From assembly GCA_964594415.1 (NCBI GenBank), contig CAZQLQ010000004.1, positions 19,162 to 83,161 of the forward strand: 64,000 nt of DNA, written 5' to 3'. How positions within the stretch are numbered: the first letter of the stretch is position 1; every line of letters starts with the position of its first letter. Below the pieces are notes generated by a model, which was not told the origin of the DNA, ran no database searches, and was given only the letters and a program-made list of their open reading frames with translations. Positions 58,887 to 64,000 of this stretch are shown here, piece after piece. Origin of the DNA: an uncultured Candidatus Saccharibacteria bacterium (lineage in GTDB: Bacteria > Patescibacteriota > CPR2 > UBA1875 > CAIMLA01). The position numbers were made by a program, and so were the translations under genes.

Positions 58887-59426
58887 CTAATTCTTAAACG
58901 GGAAGCCCAATCCGCTTAATAAAGCGCGTGCTTCTTCGTCATTTTTTGCGGTTGTTGTTATATTGACCTGTAAACTAACTGGAGTTGATGCTTCTTCAAA
59001 ACTAATCTCGGGGAAAACCCCATGATCACGCAAACCAAGCGAATAGTTACCTCTCCCGTCAAAAGCATTTGGATTAAGTCCCCTGAAATCCCTCACTCTC
59101 GGAAGCGCAACGCTTACAAGCCTATCTAAAAATTCGTACATTTTTTCACCCCTAAGCGTAACGACGGTTCCAATGTTCATCTTTTCTCTTAATTTGAAAC
59201 CTGCAATAGATTTTTTTGCTTTTGTGACTACTGGTGCTTGTCCTGAAATCTTTTTCAGGGCTTGGGTGGCGGCTTCTAAATGTTTGGAATCAACACTAGC
59301 CCTTCCTACCCCGGCGTTAATAACTACTTTTGTAATCCTGGGAATACTATGAATATTCTTATGGTTAAATTTTTTGCTCAAATCACTTGAAACTGTTTTC
59401 TCGTATAGATCTTTCATTCTAGCCAT
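58887..59426 (-). CDS. rplE: 50S ribosomal protein L5
   Basis: [24 protein letters not shown]. Confidence 0.98.
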   Translation of the reverse strand: MARMKDLYEKTVSSDLSKKFNHKNIHSIPRITKVVINAGVGRASVDSKHLEAATQALKKISGQAPVVTKAKKSIAGFKLREKMNIGTVVTLRGEKMYEFLDRLVSVALPRVRDFRGLNPNAFDGRGNYSLGLRDHGVFPEISFEEASTPVSLQVNITTTAKNDEEARALLSGLGFPFKN

Positions 59427-59429
59427 AAA

Positions 59430-59750
59430 CTACTCCTTCACCACCGATTTACAACGTTTACAAGTTCGAATCCTCTTGCCATCCTTTGATTTTGAAATAC
59501 TAAATCTAGCTGGTTTTGAACAATTAGAACAAATAAGCATAACGTTTGAAATCTCGAGAGGCTTTGCGATTTCCATAATACCGCCTTTTGGGTTTTTCTT
59601 GCTTGCCTTAAAGGCTTTTTTGGCGATATTTATACCTGAAACAACGACTTTGCTCTCGCTAACTATTACTCTCGTAACATCGCCGCTTTTACCCTTGTCT
59701 TTTCCCGTTATAACAGCTACTTTATCACCTTTTTTAATTTTTATACTCAT
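59430..59750 (-). CDS. rplX: 50S ribosomal protein L24
   Basis: IKKGD.V.VITGKDKGK, SNVM. Confidence 0.97.
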   Translation of the reverse strand: MSIKIKKGDKVAVITGKDKGKSGDVTRVIVSESKVVVSGINIAKKAFKASKKNPKGGIMEIAKPLEISNVMLICSNCSKPARFSISKSKDGKRIRTCKRCKSVVKE

Positions 59751-60118
59751 TATAATACCTCTGGTGCCAATGACACGATTTTCATAAAGTTTTTTTCACG
59801 TAATTCCCTAGCTACCGGACCGAATATACGGGTTCCTCTAGGTTGATTGTTTTTATCAATAAGAACGGCTGCATTATCATCAAACCTAATCGTTGATCCG
59901 TCTTTCCTTCTGTAATCTTTCCTTACTCTCACAATGACAGCCCTAACAACTTCCTTCTTCTTTGCATTGCCGTTTGGAATAGCAGTTTTAACAGAACAAA
60001 TAATTACATCGCCCAAACTTGCATAACGTCTCTTGCTGCCCCCAAGCACCTTTATGCACATAATTTCTTTTGCGCCCGTATTATCAGCTACTTTTAATCT
60101 TGTTTGTGCCTGAATCAT
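59750..60118 (-). CDS. rplN: 50S ribosomal protein L14
   Basis: [27 protein letters not shown]. Confidence 0.98.
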   Translation of the reverse strand: MIQAQTRLKVADNTGAKEIMCIKVLGGSKRRYASLGDVIICSVKTAIPNGNAKKKEVVRAVIVRVRKDYRRKDGSTIRFDDNAAVLIDKNNQPRGTRIFGPVARELREKNFMKIVSLAPEVL

Positions 60119-60119
60119 C

Positions 60120-60371
60120 TTATTTCTCCAAATCCTTTTCGCCTAAAACTTTTGCGACTGCCCAACGTTTTGTTGCAGACAATGGCCTCGATTCTTCAAT
60201 TTCCACCATGTCACCAATCTTGCATTTATTATTTTCATCATGAGCCTTGAATTTCTTCGAAACTGAATATTTCTTAAGATAGATTGGATGCTCTTTCGTT
60301 CTCTCAACTAAAACAACAACGGTTTTGTCCATTTTATCTGAGACAACTTTTCCTCGTAATACTCTTTTCAT
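60120..60371 (-). CDS. rpsQ: 30S ribosomal protein S17
   Basis: [20 protein letters not shown]. Confidence 0.98.
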   Translation of the reverse strand: MKRVLRGKVVSDKMDKTVVVLVERTKEHPIYLKKYSVSKKFKAHDENNKCKIGDMVEIEESRPLSATKRWAVAKVLGEKDLEK

Positions 60372-60610
60372 TACTTATCTCCCTTGGTTGCTGGTTTATT
60401 TTCAGCTTGTTTTTCAGCTTCAAAAAGCTCTCTTTCACGTAATAACGTATTTATGTTAGCAATCGTTTTCTTGCTTTTTTTGATCTCGCTTGTAGTTGTA
60501 GATTCTCGGCTTGCAATTGCGAAACGGTCTTTTAGAAGTTTTGCCTTCATTTCAGCAAGAAGCTTAACCAAAGCCTTGCTTTCACTAGTTTTCAATTCTT
60601 TAATTTTCAT
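60371..60610 (-). CDS. rpmC: 50S ribosomal protein L29
   Basis: position between rplP and rpsQ; IKK.KK.IA.INT pattern. Confidence 0.9.
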   Translation of the reverse strand: MKIKELKTSESKALVKLLAEMKAKLLKDRFAIASRESTTTSEIKKSKKTIANINTLLRERELFEAEKQAENKPATKGDK

Positions 60611-61031
60611 TTGTCTCTCCAGCGCGTTCCTCGATAATTATCCTGGTTCTCATGGGTAATTTGTGGGTTGCTAACCGAAGCGCCTCTTTCGCTACTTCAG
60701 GAGCAACTCCGTCCATTTCAAACAAAATTCTTCCCGGTTTTACTACTGCTACAAAATGATCTGGACTTCCCTTACCGCTTCCCATTCTGGTTTCATTTGG
60801 TTTCTTCGTGATTGGCTTATCTGGAAAAATACGAATCCAAACCTTTCCGCCTCTTTTTATATATCTGGTCATAGCCCTTCTAGCGGCCTCTATTTGTCTT
60901 GAAGTCACCCATGCAGGATCAAGAGCTTTGATTGCGTATTTTCCGAAATCAACATTCTGCCCCCTTGTAGCTTTACCTGTTTGGGGATTCTTCATCACCT
61001 TTCGGTACTTTGTTTTTTTAGGCATTAACAT
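60600..61031 (-). CDS. rplP: 50S ribosomal protein L16
   Basis: [27 protein letters not shown]. Confidence 0.98.
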   Translation of the reverse strand: MLMPKKTKYRKVMKNPQTGKATRGQNVDFGKYAIKALDPAWVTSRQIEAARRAMTRYIKRGGKVWIRIFPDKPITKKPNETRMGSGKGSPDHFVAVVKPGRILFEMDGVAPEVAKEALRLATHKLPMRTRIIIEERAGETNEN

Positions 61032-61680
61032 CGTTAACCTCACTAACTGCTTTTTGCTTCATTCCGTTATATACCCAAACCTTTACGCCGATTATTCCAT
61101 AAGTAGTTTTTGCCCTGGCCGTACCATACTGAATGTCTGCATTTATGGTAGCAAGTGGGATCTTACCTTTAATCGTATGTTCAGATCTTGCTATTTCAGC
61201 TCCATTTAGTCGTCCTCCAACCATAATTTTTACGCCTTTAGCACCGGACCTAAGAGCCTTCTCTACGGCTTGCTTCATCGCTCGTTTAAAAGCAATTCTT
61301 TTTTCAAGCTGTTGAGCAACATTGTCAGCAATAAGTTGTGCGTCAGCCTCAGGATTTTTCACTTCTTGAACGTTAATCTCCTTAATCTGGCCCTTAGTCA
61401 TTTTGCTGACTTTTGTCTTTAACTCATTAATACCGACGCCGCCTCTACCGATAATAACTCCTGGTTTGGAAGTATGAATTGTAATATTTGTCTGGTTGGC
61501 ATTTCTTTCCAGTTCAACCTTAGAAACTCCAGCCTTGTAACCAAGGTTGTTTAAAATATATTCTCTTATCTTGATGTCTTCATGAAGCATGCTAGCATAA
61601 CCACGCTTTGCGAACCAGCGAGATGACCAGTTTTTCTCTACCTGAAGACGAAAACTAATTGGACTTACTTTATGACCCAT
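61018..61680 (-). CDS. rpsC: 30S ribosomal protein S3
   Basis: [30 protein letters not shown]. Confidence 0.98.
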   Translation of the reverse strand: MGHKVSPISFRLQVEKNWSSRWFAKRGYASMLHEDIKIREYILNNLGYKAGVSKVELERNANQTNITIHTSKPGVIIGRGGVGINELKTKVSKMTKGQIKEINVQEVKNPEADAQLIADNVAQQLEKRIAFKRAMKQAVEKALRSGAKGVKIMVGGRLNGAEIARSEHTIKGKIPLATINADIQYGTARAKTTYGIIGVKVWVYNGMKQKAVSEVNDVNA

Positions 61681-61681
61681 C

Positions 61682-62089
61682 TTACTTCTTCTCCTGTTTC
61701 TTTGCGGTTAGTTTTTTTACTATTTTCCCTGCTTCTTTTTTTACAGGCTCTTTCTTATTTTCATCAGACACAAAAACTGTAATATGGCTTGTGCGTTTCA
61801 GAATATGCGAAGCCATCCCTTTGGAACGTGGACGAAACCTCTTTAGACTGGGTCCCTGATTGACGGTAATTGATTTAACGACTAAGTCTTTTTTATCCAA
61901 ATTAAAATTATTTTCAGCATTTGCTACTGCAGATTTTACGGTTTTAAGAATAATTCCAGCTGATTTTTTAGGCGTAAAACGTAAAGTTGCAAACGCAGAG
62001 TTAATATCTTTTCCTCTCACTAAATCAGCAACAAGTCTTGCTTTTTTAGGAGATACTCTAACAAATTTTGTTGATGCTTTCACTTCCAT
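61682..62089 (-). CDS. rplV: 50S ribosomal protein L22
   Basis: SPKKARLV, SAVANA, KRTSHI. Confidence 0.98.
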   Translation of the reverse strand: MEVKASTKFVRVSPKKARLVADLVRGKDINSAFATLRFTPKKSAGIILKTVKSAVANAENNFNLDKKDLVVKSITVNQGPSLKRFRPRSKGMASHILKRTSHITVFVSDENKKEPVKKEAGKIVKKLTAKKQEKK

Positions 62090-62091
62090 AA

Positions 62092-62364
62092 TTATTTACC
62101 TTGTTTCGCTAGCTTACCGCCGTGACCACGAAATTTACGGGTTGGTGCAAACTCACCAAGACGATGACCTACCATATTTTCTGAAACAAATACAGGAATA
62201 TGATCCTTGCCGTTATGAACAGCAAAAGTATGACCAACCATCTCAGGAGAAATAACCGAGCTTCTAGCCCATGTTTTAATAATTTTTCTATCATTTCCAA
62301 GAGCCTCTACTTTTGCAAGCAGTCTCTCGTTTATAAATGGTCCTTTTTTAAGTGATCTAGACAT
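62092..62364 (-). CDS. rpsS: 30S ribosomal protein S19
   Basis: [20 protein letters not shown]. Confidence 0.98.
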   Translation of the reverse strand: MSRSLKKGPFINERLLAKVEALGNDRKIIKTWARSSVISPEMVGHTFAVHNGKDHIPVFVSENMVGHRLGEFAPTRKFRGHGGKLAKQGK

Positions 62365-62376
62365 ATCGTACTCCCT

Positions 62377-63213
62377 TTACCTTCGACCTTTATTTCTAGA
62401 TCGAACAATATACTTATTTGACAGCTTCTTTTTATTGCGTGTCTTGAGCCCTAGCGCAGGAAGACCCCAAGGCGTTTTTGGATGAGTTAGACCAATACTA
62501 TTACTACCCTCACCGCCGCCATGTGGATGATCAACTGGGTTCATAACCTTTCCACGAACTGTTGGACGGATTCGCATCCAGCGTTTTCTTCCAGCTTTAC
62601 CTATACTAATATTTGAATGCTCAGGATTTGATACTGTACCAATACTTGCAAGAGATCTCTCGCTTACTAAACGAATTTCACCAGACGGAAGCTTAACTTG
62701 TGCCATTCCGCCTTCTTTAGCCATAAGCTGAGCACGTGCTCCAGCTGACCTTGCAATTTGACCACCCTTACCCGGCTCAATTTCAATATTATAAATAACC
62801 GTACCAACAGGAATGTCCTTCAGTGCCTTTCTGTTTCCTACACGAATTTCTGCCTCTTCACCAAAAACTACCGTCTTCCCAACTTTGAGTCCGATTGGGG
62901 CCAAGATGTAAGCCTTTTCGCCATTTTCTTTTTCTATCAAAGCTATCCTGGCCGATCTGTTTGGATCATATTCAATCGCAAGTATTGTCGCCTTCACATT
63001 TGAAAGCTGTTTAAAATCGACTAGTCGGTATAAGCGTCTTGCCCCACCGCCTCTGTGCCTAACGGTAATCTTACCTTGAGAATTCCTACCCGCTTTGTTC
63101 TTAAAAGAAACTGTCAGAGACTTTTCTGGATTTTTCTTTGAAATATCAGAAAAATCGTCAACCGACATTCCTCTTCTTGCATTGCTAATTGGTTTTAAAA
63201 CTTTAACGCCCAT
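62377..63213 (-). CDS. rplB: 50S ribosomal protein L2
   Basis: [21 protein letters not shown]. Confidence 0.99.
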   Translation of the reverse strand: MGVKVLKPISNARRGMSVDDFSDISKKNPEKSLTVSFKNKAGRNSQGKITVRHRGGGARRLYRLVDFKQLSNVKATILAIEYDPNRSARIALIEKENGEKAYILAPIGLKVGKTVVFGEEAEIRVGNRKALKDIPVGTVIYNIEIEPGKGGQIARSAGARAQLMAKEGGMAQVKLPSGEIRLVSERSLASIGTVSNPEHSNISIGKAGRKRWMRIRPTVRGKVMNPVDHPHGGGEGSNSIGLTHPKTPWGLPALGLKTRNKKKLSNKYIVRSRNKGRR

Positions 63214-63216
63214 AAA

Positions 63217-63501
63217 CTAAAATCCCTTAAATTCATCGATCGTTTCTCCTTTTTTCAAGGTGACAATCGCTTTTTTATAGTCTTTTCTTTTGCCGAATTT
63301 TTTACCAAATCTTTTAAGCTTACCCTTCATTATAATTGTATTTACGTCAATAACATTCACTTTAAATGCAGTTTCAACAGCTTTCTCTATTTCTTGCTTA
63401 GTTGCATTTTTTTCTACCAAAAATACATATTTTCCAGAATCTGCCGCCGTAAAGCTTTTTTCTGAGATTACTGGCCTTTTTAAAACTCTAATAAGCTCCA
63501 T
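63217..63501 (-). CDS. rplW: 50S ribosomal protein L23
   Basis: PVISEK, YVF.V, KKAIVTL. Confidence 0.97.
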   Translation of the reverse strand: MELIRVLKRPVISEKSFTAADSGKYVFLVEKNATKQEIEKAVETAFKVNVIDVNTIIMKGKLKRFGKKFGKRKDYKKAIVTLKKGETIDEFKGF

Positions 63502-64000
63502 TATTTAGCTCCCCAAAATTCATTTGTTTTCTCAAGCGCATCACCTACGAAAATAATGTCATTTGCATTTAAGATATCAAAAACATTTAAATTTCTATAA
63601 TCGCAAGCCTTTACGTTTTCTAAATTTCTAATTGGTAATATTGCTTCCTTTGTTATAGCAGAAAATACCATCAAAGATTTACGGCCAGTTACAACCTTAT
63701 TTAAAATTTTAGAAAATTCGTTGGTTTTAGCCGTTTTGATTTCTTCGAGGATAATGACATTTTCCTTTTTTGAAACAAGTGCAGAAACTATCCCGGCACG
63801 TTTTTTCTTAGCAGGAACATTGATCTGAAAATGATGTTCGGGTGTCGGACCAAATATAGTCCCGCCGCCCTTCCAAATTGGATTACGAATAGACCCCGAT
63901 CTTGCCCTGCCCGTTCCCTTCTGCTTCCAAGGCTTCTTACCGCCACCGGAAACTTCGTCACGCTTTTTCGTAAGCGCGCTTGCAATTCTGCGATTTGAAA
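63501..64000 (-). CDS. rplD: 50S ribosomal protein L4 (5' part outside window)
   Basis: frame ending at TAA 63503-63501 reads EVSGGGKKPWKQKGTGRAR. Confidence 0.97.
   Translation of the reverse strand, partial: SNRRIASALTKKRDEVSGGGKKPWKQKGTGRARSGSIRNPIWKGGGTIFGPTPEHHFQINVPAKKKRAGIVSALVSKKENVIILEEIKTAKTNEFSKILNKVVTGRKSLMVFSAITKEAILPIRNLENVKACDYRNLNVFDILNANDIIFVGDALEKTNEFWGAK

Noticed and set aside
63788-63985. 65-aa minus-strand ORF
   Set aside because: Alternative frame overlapping rplD
1-64000. UGA recoding (code 25), CRISPR arrays, IS elements, introns and the many short antisense ORFs
   Set aside because: TGA ends full-length genes (dprA, PSP1 protein, mraY-overlapping murF); no repeat-spacer array, transposase motif or interrupted core gene was seen; the antisense ORFs are shadows of well-supported genes

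Overview
AT-rich bacterial chromosome segment using genetic code 11, most likely Patescibacteria/CPR (no rpmD in the spc block, archaeal-type non-discriminating AspRS, CPR-style sigma4/HARE-HTH and VirD4-like genes); the taxonomy is an inference. Almost every gene from 1 to 31.4 kb is on + and every gene from 31.9 to 64 kb is on -. They converge on an AT-rich gap containing an 11-6-11 dif-like site (31564-31591), so the window probably spans the replication terminus. The left half is housekeeping (gltX, murC, trxB, pyrH, a two-component pair, aspS, scpAB, der, pth, dprA, topA, corA, rarA) plus tRNA-Gln and tRNA-Glu. The right half holds a reduced dcw cluster, secE-nusG-rplK-rplA, a 3xGNAT+kinase cassette, four tRNAs, holB, an RCK channel and the S10-spc-alpha ribosomal block. 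No CRISPR, transposase, integrase or rRNA was seen. The best leads are a stand-alone ~220-nt structured ncRNA between pth and dprA, a covarying structured trailer shared by two tRNAs, an RCK channel whose TVGYG filter is replaced by SHFKHG, a near-symmetric dif site, a ~185-bp mini-element at tRNA-Glu, an unannotated 49-aa zinc-ribbon protein and an orphan ParB-like domain flanked by palindromes. All family calls come from motif recognition by eye, not database searches.
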